From positions 32,001-96,000 of IMG/VR virus record IMGVR_UViG_3300033064_003894: a stretch of DNA of 64,000 nt. The stretch is one strand, 5' to 3'. The DNA is from a virus. This document shows positions 1-11,100 of the stretch, in pieces. Below the pieces are notes generated by a model. The model saw nothing but the letters and a program-made list of their open reading frames with translations, was not told where the DNA came from and made no database searches. The translations under genes were made by a program, and so were the position numbers. The first letter of the stretch is position 1. Each line of letters starts with the position of its first letter.

Positions 1-3000
1 TTCTCTACATTACGCGCTCTGACTATATGTGCAAACCTAGTCAAACCCTCCTCCCTGTCACATGTATCACATGGAGAAACTGCGCCTAGCCACTCAAAGA
101 ATTCAATTGCCGCGCCCTCATACCTAAATACCATGTAATTGCCCATAAAGTTATTTATGCCCTTATCGGCTACCTGGAAGTTTGGAATGCTATTGTTTAT
201 TAATATGTACCTTTCCGATCCATCTAAAGATTCCGTTATAAGAATATTGCATGTCCCATAACCCGTCCTGTCTACTGGAACAACCTTGTGCTGCAGGGCT
301 TCCGCCATCAACAGATAGGCATCCTCTGTAGATTTTCCAAGAAGCTCGTTTGTTCTAAAGAATGTCCCATGAACTTTATTGTTCACTAAAGCAGTGTTCA
401 TGGCGCTAAAATAAACGCCAGCTCTCTTGTCCGAAACCCACGGACGATCTTTAGCGTCCGGGTTCGCCTGACGTTTGAAGTCAATTGCCCATTCCGAACA
501 CCAAACAGATGTAGAGGTAATGCCTACTCTTGGAGTTACACCATCCGACTTAAAGGCTTGCACCTTATGAACCCTCTCATGCGGCTTGAACACATCAAAA
601 GTTACAGGATCAAACCAATAATCGTGTAAGGACTCAAACTCTGGCTGAAAACCAATATTTTCATATGCATCATATACAAATGGAAGCATATGATATAGCT
701 GATTCCATGAAGACACTTGAAGTCCACCAAACTTAGGTACAGGTATTGTGCTTCCACCCCCTAGCGCGGTCAGCCACAATCCATCTACGTCTGCTGCCTG
801 TCTTGCATGCACTTCTGCAGATATTGATGCGTACATATAGGCCGAGAATGTTGCATATGATTTCTGCTTGGCCCACTGATCACCGGATGAAGTTATATTT
901 GTATAAAGCTCTTTGAACTCTATGTCAGGCTCATTCTCTAAGAAGATTCCATAAATTCTTCCAGAGTTTGAAACAGATTCAGTCGTGCACAACTCTTCTA
1001 TAAAGTCAGCCGCCCTAGATACAAACTTGTGTGTGCTATCTCCTTTCGGAAGAGTGGGTAAGTCAAAGTCATGAGGATATGCCCATAATTCATTCTTTGT
1101 TTCCACGTTAAAGCCTCTATACCCGACCATTGCGCTATAGCTAGTTTTTAACGCTTCTGATATTTGATTAAGTGCTAATTGTTGCGGGAAAGCAGGATTC
1201 TTGTATGTCCCAGGGGTTGATCTCCAAAGTGAGGCAGTGTCCGAAGAACTCCACCATGAACATACAAACTTATTAGCCCAATACTGTGTAGACCCAGCTG
1301 TATTGTATTCTCCTATACCTCCCGCTAGCTCATCCCATTTGGCCCTGAAATATTCCGTACCGCCAGTTGCATTCTGTGTACCCCAAATGGCAGTCTCATA
1401 ACTTATTGGATCCCTTGCTCCATCAGGGTCTAATACGTATCCGTCTCCAGGAAATGCTAGAGTTGATGGATATATATATGCACTATGAAATCCTGGATAT
1501 TGCTTACCATCATACTTAGAAGCAGATTCACTAATGTGATATGCATATCTGAAGCTTTCAGGATCTTCTGGAGGTACTTGCTCTTCTATAAATTCCGAAT
1601 TAAGAAGAGAAACGCCGCCATATTTTTCAGGGCACGCTACCTCTACGTGACCAGTTAGTAACCTAATACCTACAGCGTTTGAGTGCCTTGGAAGATATTC
1701 TTCTGAACCTATAGGAGTATAAGACTCAAGTGATGACATGCTGGTCCTGAAAAGCCTTACATATTCATCTATATAGTTAAATATACTAGACCCAACATTC
1801 AGTTTAAGCTCTGATTCTTTCTTATAATACTGCTCGTTGTCTGCAGCGTACTTCTTAAGAGAGAGCATTTCTGCTGCCTGCTCTAGAGAATTATACTCCT
1901 CAATTGTACCGAAATTAGGATCAGATACTTCTCGTATCATTCCGGAATATATCCCTTGACACTTTATTGCACTGCTTAGGCTTGTGCATCTCATTGTGTC
2001 GTCATTCATATTCAAGTGATACATCAAATCTCTTCCGTCTCTGTACTCGCCATCTATTTTGAAAAACGAACGTGCATTAGCGAAAAGGTTAGATCCATCC
2101 AAACTAACGTACTCTCTAGGAACAGTAAAGTTAACCCAGTCCCCAGTAGTATCTGACTTTCTATAGTTATTCCATGCGAATACAGTTGACCATCCGTGAG
2201 TAAAATCATAAATTCCAGATCCGTCGTTGTAGTGGCACGTAAAAGCCAACGCGTTTGGGTTGGTTTCTATTTGGCTCTTTACAAGTGGCCCTAAAAACCC
2301 ATTTAGAAGAATTCTGACTTTCCCATTCACAATAGTGAAAGAGGGACCTGCATCAAGAGTATACGTGTAAGTTACGCCTACCACGTCTGGGTCATATATC
2401 TTAATCTTTCTGTCATTTAGCATAGAGCTGAAATAAGCCTCTGTTTCAGCAAGCGCCCCAGATACATACGGAGAACTGCGTCTGTCGCAATTTACACCAA
2501 ACCCTTGCGGAGACTCAGTCCTAAAATCAGGGTCATTCATATAGTTTGGATCTATAATTAATTCATCTGCACCGCCAATATCTTCTACAGCCTCAATTCT
2601 TCCATTTATTGGGGCCATTATCGCCCAGGTCCCAAGCCCGATATCCCACGCGGTCTGCCTTAAAATATCCGCCGATACTCCAATTGGAGGTCCAGGATAA
2701 AGGTCTCCGTTAATATATACACCAAGGACTCCGTTAATATTTACAATCTCATCTCCTGTTATTACAGATAAATGGAACTCTGGACTTAGGACAAACGGCC
2801 CATCAGGTAACGGAATGCTTGTTGTAGTAAGATCCGCATTAATCGGGTTTAGAGTTCCAAATATACCAAGCTGCTTATAAAAGTCGTCTATAGGCGGTAT
2901 GGCTGAAGATGTATTAAATCCAGGCAGGTGCGCAGGGCTATATGGTTCATCTAAACCGCCAATCCAAGGAAGACTTGCAGTGTTTCCGTTTATCACTGCT

Positions 3001-3371
3001 CTACTTGCGGTGTTATACATATTAGTTAAAAGATTCTGCCCCCTATAAAGAACCCAGCTTCCAGCAATCCACCAAGGATAAACGGAAGAACTTATATTCT
3101 CCAGGTGCGCGGAAAGTATGTTGAGAGAGGCTGTGTTTAGTACGTTATCAGGATCATCGACTAAATTAAGCACATCAATGACTCCATCAAGGTCACTATA
3201 ATGCCTAGCAGTCGCCTCAGCGCATGCAATCTGAAACGACTGTACCCTATTAATAATCTCGTCACGTCTTGCTATGACTGAGTCATAAGAAGAATTAGCT
3301 CCAGAGAGTCGCCCGCCTTCCAGCGGACTCCTCTCTACAAGATAACTAAGAAAGCTATTTGTTGATCCCAT
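1..3371 (-). CDS. Large virion/tail-associated protein (>1120 aa, runs off the left edge) with a clan GH-A (GH39/GH5-like) glycoside hydrolase domain
   Basis: Missing from the ORF track because it has no stop in the window. ATG at 3371 (MGSTNSFLSYLVERS...). The same frame was checked open at ~2020, ~930, ~490 and 1-50. Motifs GIFLENEPD (~924-950), ESLHDYW and VWCSEW (~489-506) match the GH-A acid/base and nucleophile motifs. Confidence 0.75.
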   Translation of the reverse strand, partial: MGSTNSFLSYLVERSPLEGGRLSGANSSYDSVIARRDEIINRVQSFQIACAEATARHYSDLDGVIDVLNLVDDPDNVLNTASLNILSAHLENISSSVYPWWIAGSWVLYRGQNLLTNMYNTASRAVINGNTASLPWIGGLDEPYSPAHLPGFNTSSAIPPIDDFYKQLGIFGTLNPINADLTTTSIPLPDGPFVLSPEFHLSVITGDEIVNINGVLGVYINGDLYPGPPIGVSADILRQTAWDIGLGTWAIMAPINGRIEAVEDIGGADELIIDPNYMNDPDFRTESPQGFGVNCDRRSSPYVSGALAETEAYFSSMLNDRKIKIYDPDVVGVTYTYTLDAGPSFTIVNGKVRILLNGFLGPLVKSQIETNPNALAFTCHYNDGSGIYDFTHGWSTVFAWNNYRKSDTTGDWVNFTVPREYVSLDGSNLFANARSFFKIDGEYRDGRDLMYHLNMNDDTMRCTSLSSAIKCQGIYSGMIREVSDPNFGTIEEYNSLEQAAEMLSLKKYAADNEQYYKKESELKLNVGSSIFNYIDEYVRLFRTSMSSLESYTPIGSEEYLPRHSNAVGIRLLTGHVEVACPEKYGGVSLLNSEFIEEQVPPEDPESFRYAYHISESASKYDGKQYPGFHSAYIYPSTLAFPGDGYVLDPDGARDPISYETAIWGTQNATGGTEYFRAKWDELAGGIGEYNTAGSTQYWANKFVCSWWSSSDTASLWRSTPGTYKNPAFPQQLALNQISEALKTSYSAMVGYRGFNVETKNELWAYPHDFDLPTLPKGDSTHKFVSRAADFIEELCTTESVSNSGRIYGIFLENEPDIEFKELYTNITSSGDQWAKQKSYATFSAYMYASISAEVHARQAADVDGLWLTALGGGSTIPVPKFGGLQVSSWNQLYHMLPFVYDAYENIGFQPEFESLHDYWFDPVTFDVFKPHERVHKVQAFKSDGVTPRVGITSTSVWCSEWAIDFKRQANPDAKDRPWVSDKRAGVYFSAMNTALVNNKVHGTFFRTNELLGKSTEDAYLLMAEALQHKVVPVDRTGYGTCNILITESLDGSERYILINNSIPNFQVADKGINNFMGNYMVFRYEGAAIEFFEWLGAVSPCDTCDREEGLTRFAHIVRARNVE

Positions 3372-4182
3372 TGGCTTTATTTTTGTGCTCTATGAACTTA
3401 TCTCTCCATCCGCCTGGAGAGAACCACATCTCTGGCTTGAACTCGTGAACTCCAACATGTCCAGTCCAGATGTCGGCATTAAGTCCAACCTTAAGATTAT
3501 GAGACTTAAGTATCTTACAGAAGGCCAAGTCCTCACCGAGCATCTTGGTATTCATCTCATTTACCTGCATATAGAATAACTTTTTGTTCTCATTTATTTT
3601 TTCCTGTCTAAGCAAATCTAAGTCTATTATTGTACACGCTAATCCTGTATGCATTACTTCGTGAACTCCAGAAGATGGTACGTCTTCAGGAGTAAGAATG
3701 GGTTCTCCTTCATCATCTAGCCTCATTCCTACAGTAGGACTAAACGGCGGGACTCTCTTTATCGCAAGAGCTGAACACATTACAAACCCATGGTCATAGC
3801 AGTTCTTTGCTAGAGTCACAGGCGTGTGTGCAGGGAAAGTCATATCATCGTCTATAAACCACAGCCAGCGCACTCCAGCCCTAAGTGCAGTATCAAGTGT
3901 CTCTTGCCTGGCAACGTGGATAAGGCTCCCTGCGTGGCTGTAAAACGACACCTGGTTGAACTGGGTAAGGAACTGCTGAGACGAGAACAAAGACTTTACC
4001 GTTGCAGTGTAAATGCTAGGTTTCCCGGTTGGTATTGCCACCATAAGAGGCCCTTTGCACTCTTGAGGAAGTATAACTTTCTCAGAAGACTTTTCAGGCA
4101 ATCCTGGCTGGCCCTGCATAGCCATACGTGTAGGCCTGAACGGCTTATTCTTAGGCTTATTCATTTTTATTATGTTTGTCAT
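3355..4182 (-). CDS. GT-A fold glycosyltransferase (GT2-like)
   Basis: WLWFIDDDM DxD motif, GLACTII, GEDLAFC, GHVG. Confidence 0.8.
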   Translation of the reverse strand: MTNIIKMNKPKNKPFRPTRMAMQGQPGLPEKSSEKVILPQECKGPLMVAIPTGKPSIYTATVKSLFSSQQFLTQFNQVSFYSHAGSLIHVARQETLDTALRAGVRWLWFIDDDMTFPAHTPVTLAKNCYDHGFVMCSALAIKRVPPFSPTVGMRLDDEGEPILTPEDVPSSGVHEVMHTGLACTIIDLDLLRQEKINENKKLFYMQVNEMNTKMLGEDLAFCKILKSHNLKVGLNADIWTGHVGVHEFKPEMWFSPGGWRDKFIEHKNKANGINK

Positions 4183-4745
4183 ACTATGGCTATCTTTAAA
4201 GTGGCACTCATGCCGTTAGACCTAGATTCTACCGTAACGATACTGTTCTTGTCTACATTCTCTGCAAAAAATTCTGTTGAATATGATCCGTTAAAGAAAG
4301 GCATGAAGATTGTTTTAAGCCTCCCCCTTGTGGCAGTTATCCTAACAGTCGGCTGCTTTTTTTTAGAATCCAAATATTTGTACTGAACCCCGTTAACTAG
4401 TGTCTTTATTATGATACCGCACGACATGCCCACTGGCAATGCCGGGATCATATATCGATTCTCTGATGGATCTATTCCATAATATGGAGCGTCTGCAAAA
4501 ATAAATAATCTAGGGTCCTCCAACGGAATTATTTTTCCATTAACAAACTTCCTTCGCGCCGTTCTTGGATCTTCACCCTTGAACGGAGAAATTGAAAATC
4601 CCTGAAAGCTTGTTTTTATAGACTCAAGGTCAACGCTTTTTGCTAGAGGATAAATTGATTCTATTACTTCAAGCGTGTTTGAATTATAAATAACAAGTCC
4701 GTAATCATGGAATACTCTCCTGTCTTCTTGTAGCTTATTCTTCAT
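4179..4745 (-). CDS. Hypothetical protein, possibly tail-associated
   Basis: 188-aa ORF coupled by an ATGA overlap within the minus-strand tail operon. Confidence 0.6.
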   Translation of the reverse strand: MKNKLQEDRRVFHDYGLVIYNSNTLEVIESIYPLAKSVDLESIKTSFQGFSISPFKGEDPRTARRKFVNGKIIPLEDPRLFIFADAPYYGIDPSENRYMIPALPVGMSCGIIIKTLVNGVQYKYLDSKKKQPTVRITATRGRLKTIFMPFFNGSYSTEFFAENVDKNSIVTVESRSNGMSATLKIAIV

Positions 4746-5346
4746 TATGCTTTAATGCGCTCATTGGTATGGTACCGCATTCATAAAGCCTACTCAAGAA
4801 TATTCCGTATTGGTCCATTTTTCTAAAATTCCAAAAGATGTCTCTTATATGCGTTGTTAGGCACCTATCCATTACGGAATCATAAATTTCCATAAAATCA
4901 GGTATAACAAAATTTCCTTTGTACGGCTCCGCTTGCCTAAACCAGTAAGATATTATAGGAGACTCGTCAGACGATGACCACCCCCAACCTTTAGAAAAAT
5001 ATGCAGTTTGCTCTGTTCCAAAGTCTCCTTTTATTTTTTTTGAATAGAGTTTTGGGAAAGATTTTGTTACGTAATTAAGGATGATCATTTTGCATAATGC
5101 TGGGTGAGAAAGAATGGCACCATCAAGATTATGTATAACCTCCCACATCTTCTCCTCTTTAAAGGTTTCATCTATTGGCTCTACTAAAACATTAGCTCCT
5201 AGATTGAATGCCACCAGATTTATCCAAAAGACGTCTGCAGCTACATCAGTAACGAAGACTCGCCCTCCGAATGAGAGGCTGTTGCTATTAGTCAATTGGG
5301 GCAAATTCTTCATCAATTCTGTACCAGTTTTCATCATTATCTCCAC
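4735..5346 (-). CDS. Hypothetical protein
   Basis: 203-aa ORF that overlaps its neighbours in the same operon. Confidence 0.6.
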   Translation of the reverse strand: MEIMMKTGTELMKNLPQLTNSNSLSFGGRVFVTDVAADVFWINLVAFNLGANVLVEPIDETFKEEKMWEVIHNLDGAILSHPALCKMIILNYVTKSFPKLYSKKIKGDFGTEQTAYFSKGWGWSSSDESPIISYWFRQAEPYKGNFVIPDFMEIYDSVMDRCLTTHIRDIFWNFRKMDQYGIFLSRLYECGTIPMSALKHNEE

Positions 5347-8122
5347 TTAAGAATCTAGAGCCCAAGCTGCTTGTAGCTTCTGTGTCTGTTGGGCCTATAA
5401 CCATCCACTTAGCTATTTGATATATCTTTGAGTTCCCCTGCGGCTTTCCATTGTCACAGTAGATCTTTAGACCCAAATCGGCATTTGTATTCTTAGGGTC
5501 AGCTTGAGTAATTCTGGCAGTGCCAGGAGTTAGATAGCAGAATTGATATTTACAGACATTCGCTCCTCCGCTACTAGGAGCAACGATTGCTACTATATTA
5601 TTAACAGTCAGAGCCCTATAACCAATTTCATCCGATCCGAACGGAACTCCTGATTGACCAGGAGTTATAATTCCAGCATACCATCTATTTGGGTCATTCT
5701 TAATCCCCGCAATTGCTGAGCTGTTGGTAAACACCTTGTATGGAGGTTCAAATCCTATATTCCCAAAATAGATTCCGTTCTTGAATTCAGTGTCGTCTGG
5801 GTGCCTTTTTGCTGTATTTGACGAACCCTCAAATCTGCCAATCTTCCCATTGTAAAGGTTTATAACACAGCCGCCGAATGCGTATCCATGTGAATATCCA
5901 AATGTGAACTCAGTAGTCCCAACGCCACGAACAACGTTTTCTATGCACTGTACAAGACTTAGATTTTTATTTAAACCAAGCTCCTCTCTGTTAGCCAGCC
6001 ACCCAGCAAAAGAAGACTTTACCTCACCTGATGCGCTATATGACATTCCAGCAGAGAAGTCATACTCTCTTGGAGTAACGTCTGGTGCATTTGCAAAACC
6101 AAGAGCGTCTGCCCAGTTAGACATAAACGCTTGAAGCCCTCCATATGTGATTATTGGATTTTTGTCACTAATGAATTCATCTGGCTCTATGCTACCAACT
6201 GTGTAAAGGCCAGTAGACGAAGTCAAAAGCTCATCGTTGTACCCCTTAGGTGGAGTCTTTAGCTTTAGGTATCCATTGGTAGAATAGTTAATAAGACTGC
6301 TTGCGCTTAGAGCAAGTCCTGTATATATTGGCACATCAGAGAACATTCCTACAGACATGGTTAGTGTAGTTAAAAGAGAAAGAGACGCTGACGGAGCACC
6401 TGACTCCATTCCTGCTAACGATTCAAATGTTACAAAATAGTTGCCGTTAAATGTTCCAAGCGAGGTCGAGTAAAATTCCGAGTCAGCCGGCGTTGGATCC
6501 CAATGTCTTACCACTTCCTCATTAAAGACGGCTTCAGCTATTCCAGGGCTACCTATGGATTCTTCAAGGCCAGCAAATGTTGCAGAACCATCGAACGCAT
6601 GCACAGTCTTTCCTAGAAGGTAGTTAGGACGAAGAACAGCAGATACAATAGTCTTTGCCTGAGAAGAGGTGTGGGTCTGTGAGGCAAACCTTGATGTTAC
6701 AACTGGAATTGTCCCTATCTCAAAAGAGCCTGCACTTAAGTCGTTAATATAAAACTGCTTTCCAGTTTTGTCGTCGTAGTGAGGAGTAGTCGACGCGGTG
6801 CAGTTCAGATGGTTAGCATAGAAGTGGTCTGACGGACAAAGTCTTCCATCAACCCATACCTGAAGCTGTCCAGTATTCGCCATATATGGTATTTTTGAAT
6901 CAACATATTGAACTTCATCTGTAGCATGTGCAGCATTTTTGTATACAACTGGGAGAGAAAGGGCTCCAGTTATGTTTGCTTCTCTGTAGTGTGTCTGTGA
7001 CCCCTGTAAAGCCTTAACTCCTATTATAGTTATTGTAGCAATCGCAGATGCAACATATTCATCTGACGTCCAGCCGTTGTTTAATTCATTCTCCCATCCT
7101 GGACGCTTGTACAGCTCCAATGACTCTCTTTCGTCACCACCTTCTGAATATTCAGACAGAGAATATCTATCAAATCCTACAAGAGTTCCTCCACCAACTT
7201 GCACGCGATCATTTGAAAAGATAAAAGGATAAGCCTCTCCATTTATTATGTATTCTTTATTGTTCTTGCCAAACTTTAACTTGTTATTACCGCCGTCTTC
7301 TGGACTAAGAAATCCGTGGCGTTCTCTAAATACGAAGTCGTCACTAAAAAGAATGTCGATGAAAGCGTCAGCATAATCGGCAAATGTTATATCTGATCCA
7401 TCCACTCTGCCTAACGATTCAGTTGCTCTAATTAAAATAGAGCCAGGAGATTCAATAACATAGTGAGTCTCTTCTTCTAAAAGCCCACCCATGAAGAACA
7501 CAAGTATTCGATGGTCTCCCTTTGCAAGAACAATATTGTCTACAAATATTCTGTAAAAGGCGCCAACTCTTGATGCAGCAAAATCGATGGCTTTCCGAGA
7601 AAAGATTTGCGTTCCATTAGACACCATGGCAGCCAAGTCTTTCATTCGTGCACGCGTAGAAGATCTGTATGATGGGAACTGCCCAGAAGATAAAGACTTC
7701 CTCGATGACTCATTAAGAGTAATAGACGAAGGGTAGTAATATCCAATAACCGCCATCTTATTTGTGACGCTAACTGGAGAGATCATGTCAACGATTACAG
7801 GCGTATCCTCTTTGTTGTCGTTTGTGTAGGCAACAACAACCTTGGGAGCTCTTGGGCTTTCTGTATAAGAAAACACCACTGTTTCCTTTATTGATATAAG
7901 AACTCCGTCGCTTGAGAATTTCCCTGGAGAAAGCTTTATCGTCAAGTTGGCTCCAGGAGTGCTCTCTCCAAGAGAATTCACCTCTTTAATGTCTTCAAGG
8001 ATAAAGCCGTCTATTAGGAAGCTTTCTCCATATATAATCTTATGTCCCTGGTTAAGATTAGACGAGTTGTACCTCGCGCCATATGGCACGCTCTTTTCAA
8101 CAATTCCTGAATTTATGATCAT
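5288..8122 (-). CDS. Large virion structural/tail protein, paralogue of 8119-12942
   Basis: 944 aa, S/G/T-rich. Shares QVWxDGRL, FNGNYFxT, NPIxTY...WxDALG and FGYxxGxxxGxC blocks with the upstream gene. Confidence 0.7.
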   Translation of the reverse strand: MIINSGIVEKSVPYGARYNSSNLNQGHKIIYGESFLIDGFILEDIKEVNSLGESTPGANLTIKLSPGKFSSDGVLISIKETVVFSYTESPRAPKVVVAYTNDNKEDTPVIVDMISPVSVTNKMAVIGYYYPSSITLNESSRKSLSSGQFPSYRSSTRARMKDLAAMVSNGTQIFSRKAIDFAASRVGAFYRIFVDNIVLAKGDHRILVFFMGGLLEEETHYVIESPGSILIRATESLGRVDGSDITFADYADAFIDILFSDDFVFRERHGFLSPEDGGNNKLKFGKNNKEYIINGEAYPFIFSNDRVQVGGGTLVGFDRYSLSEYSEGGDERESLELYKRPGWENELNNGWTSDEYVASAIATITIIGVKALQGSQTHYREANITGALSLPVVYKNAAHATDEVQYVDSKIPYMANTGQLQVWVDGRLCPSDHFYANHLNCTASTTPHYDDKTGKQFYINDLSAGSFEIGTIPVVTSRFASQTHTSSQAKTIVSAVLRPNYLLGKTVHAFDGSATFAGLEESIGSPGIAEAVFNEEVVRHWDPTPADSEFYSTSLGTFNGNYFVTFESLAGMESGAPSASLSLLTTLTMSVGMFSDVPIYTGLALSASSLINYSTNGYLKLKTPPKGYNDELLTSSTGLYTVGSIEPDEFISDKNPIITYGGLQAFMSNWADALGFANAPDVTPREYDFSAGMSYSASGEVKSSFAGWLANREELGLNKNLSLVQCIENVVRGVGTTEFTFGYSHGYAFGGCVINLYNGKIGRFEGSSNTAKRHPDDTEFKNGIYFGNIGFEPPYKVFTNSSAIAGIKNDPNRWYAGIITPGQSGVPFGSDEIGYRALTVNNIVAIVAPSSGGANVCKYQFCYLTPGTARITQADPKNTNADLGLKIYCDNGKPQGNSKIYQIAKWMVIGPTDTEATSSLGSRFLSGDNDENWYRIDEEFAPID

Positions 8123-11100
8123 GTCTTAGTTACAAGAATGTCCTTGTTTCGTACTGTGTAGAAGTTATCGGTTCTTTGACCAGAAGCACCTTCTACGTGG
8201 CCAGCAAACCTTGGTAAAAAGCCGCGAGTCGGTCCAATCAAAAAGAAGAACACAGGCTCAACGTAGTGTGAATAATTCACGTATGGCCTGACTGACAGTT
8301 TACCACCATCATAAATATCAAAATATTCAATGCACTTAGGATGAGCCTCAGCAGTGTCAGACTCTGCGTTGGTGTCACCCCAATGGTAATAATAGTCGGT
8401 AGTATGCCACGTTGATCCATGGTCCTCTCTCCACGTAGTCATAAATGACCCACGTAACTCTCTCATTGGAGACATCCAACAAATGATGTTGTTACGTACG
8501 CCTTTATTGTGCATATACATCCCAGACCCGCTCTTAAAGTTATTATATCCTGGAGTTTTTGGCAATCCATTATCCCCAAGATATGAAAAATCTATAAAGC
8601 CTGTTGACGGGTTTGCTTGTGCATAAGGTGTAGTCCATGGATCACTAAGATATGTATGAACCTTATATGTCTCTTTATCTTCCTTAAGGTCCTTGCTTGG
8701 CTTTGCATATCCAACGTGCCCTCCATACCAACCGTAGTCAAATGGAGAGCTTCTGTCCTGTTGATTGAATCTATACCACGCATAACTTGTATTGTTTGAA
8801 TATCTAGCATCATTCCTGTTTCTGCTTAATATGTCAGAAACGCTAGGAAGTCCAGATGAAGGAACCTTACACCATCCTTCATCTAACGTTGACGCAGACT
8901 TCCTTGACCAGTGAGGCCCATTTTCGCTGTAGTTAGTCCTCTGTGTGACGAAGTCATCATGATATTCTCTATAAACTCCACCAGAACCAACTATTCCACC
9001 TCTCTCAGTATATGGCGGTATGCCAAGTCTCGGGTAGCGCTCATTAGTCATCGGCTTGAAGAGCATTTCCCCGTCTTCCATATTGAACGCACATGTCCCC
9101 CACATCATTCCTGAGCCATATCCGAAGTTTGCCTTTATCTCTTGTCTATATCCAAGGAACTTCTCCATAACGATTACAACAGAATCTGTAGTAGATACAT
9201 TAAGAAGACCTCTTGTCTGCGGAGACAATAGAGCTCCAAATCCAGAAGATACTGACCCATCATTCGCATTCCGTTCAATCCCTGCATCAAGCATTGTATG
9301 CCTAATTCCGTCTTCATCAGTAGTATATAAACCAAGCGCATCTCCCCACAAAGCCGCCATAGAGGCAAGGTTTGCGTATGTCATTATCGGATTGTTTGGA
9401 CCAAAGTATATGTTGTTAGATACAGTTAACGTTGGCCTTCCTGTCACGGGATTCAAGAAGCTTGCACCGGTAGAGTCTAAAGCTTCTTTTTTGAATAATG
9501 TCTCAATAGCTTGATCTACCTGCATAATAGATCTAGACTCAACGATTGATTTGCCAGACCTCAACGGCACGTCTGACATTAGGTCAACCGTTAACTGAAG
9601 AACTCCAAATACGCTAAGAGCTTTATGTGGGTGATTCTGGTCTGAAGGTATATCTTCATATCCAACATACACATAGTCTCCAGTGTCAAGAGTTTTAAAC
9701 CCCATAAGGGAGTTAATAGTTAAGAAATAGTTTCCGTTAAATATCTTGCCTGTATCAGAAAATTCTGTGCCGTCAGAAATAGTGTCGTAGTGCCTAGGGG
9801 TTGGAGGGTTAGCTCCAGCTCCTTGCCATACCCCTGAACCAAATGTTGGAACACCAACTCTGTAAATTGCCTCACTAATTGATTTATTCGCATTTACACT
9901 AGCCTCTTCCAATTCTTCGAAAGAGTGCGGGAGCTTCACCTTTACCCGGTTTTCAGGCGACGACGCGGCAGACTCGAAAACTATTAGATTTATATTTCTA
10001 GAAGCCGTTGTTGCAAGGCTTACAGGTAGACCACCTTCTATCTCTAGACCTAACTGAGAATCTCTCTGAACGTTCATAGGATAAGATGCAAACTCAAATT
10101 TATCTGAGCCGGTTTTTACTGAATATAACTGGTCCGTGCGTCCGTCAAATTTCTCAACTGCATCAGAAATGGTATTCTTAGACGTATGGTCTGGGTAAGA
10201 TAGCCTTCCGTCAGACCATACTTGCCAGGAGTTGTTCTTGCCATAAGTTGCTACTGGAGACGAGACATAAGATCTAGATGAAGTTTGGTGCCAGACAACT
10301 CCTTTAGCTATAACCTCATTAGCATATAAGTTGTTTACGCATGCTACGGTTATTTTAAGGACGGCAGAACTTGCAGAAGTACTTGAATCTAAAAGTTGTC
10401 CAGCATCTAGTCCGCCCACTCCAGACTTGTTGTATAGAGTTGGGTGTATAGAAAGAAATGTACGGTTTTTGTCTATATTATACCGGTCTTTATTGAGCAT
10501 GAACCCGTCAGAGAATACAAGCAATGAGCTATCTGAATCTATGAACCCACGATCAGAGTCAGATATTTCAATAACAGAACTTCCAGTTTGATATATATAG
10601 TAATCACGAATGAACTTAATATTGTTTGATGATATTACGTCTATACTTCCAGTTATGAAATCATTGTCTGTAATCCCATGGCTTCCAGTAAAGTACGGCT
10701 GAACGATGTCAGATCCTGTCTTCCAAATAACAGCCCTGTCTATCCACGCAATATGCATATCAAGACCAGGACGCATTAGTTTGCCATTAACAAATACCAT
10801 TTGAGGCTGACCACCCATATCAAGTGGTGCACTAAAGAACATCTCATTACCTATGGTAATGCCTTCATTAATTACAGTATCTGTTTCTGTATTTATATAA
10901 ACAGAAGAGCCTGTCCATGTTTGAAGCGAAGACGTATAGTTGAAACCTGAATTTGTTATTCCTAATGGGTGCATGTCAGAGAAAACAGATGCATCTCTCT
11001 CTGGAGTTATAAACGACTTAAAACTTCCACTTGGAGCTGGCAGCCATTTAAGTCCTTTAAAATTAAATCCTGAATCATTCTCTAACTCTAATGGATATAC

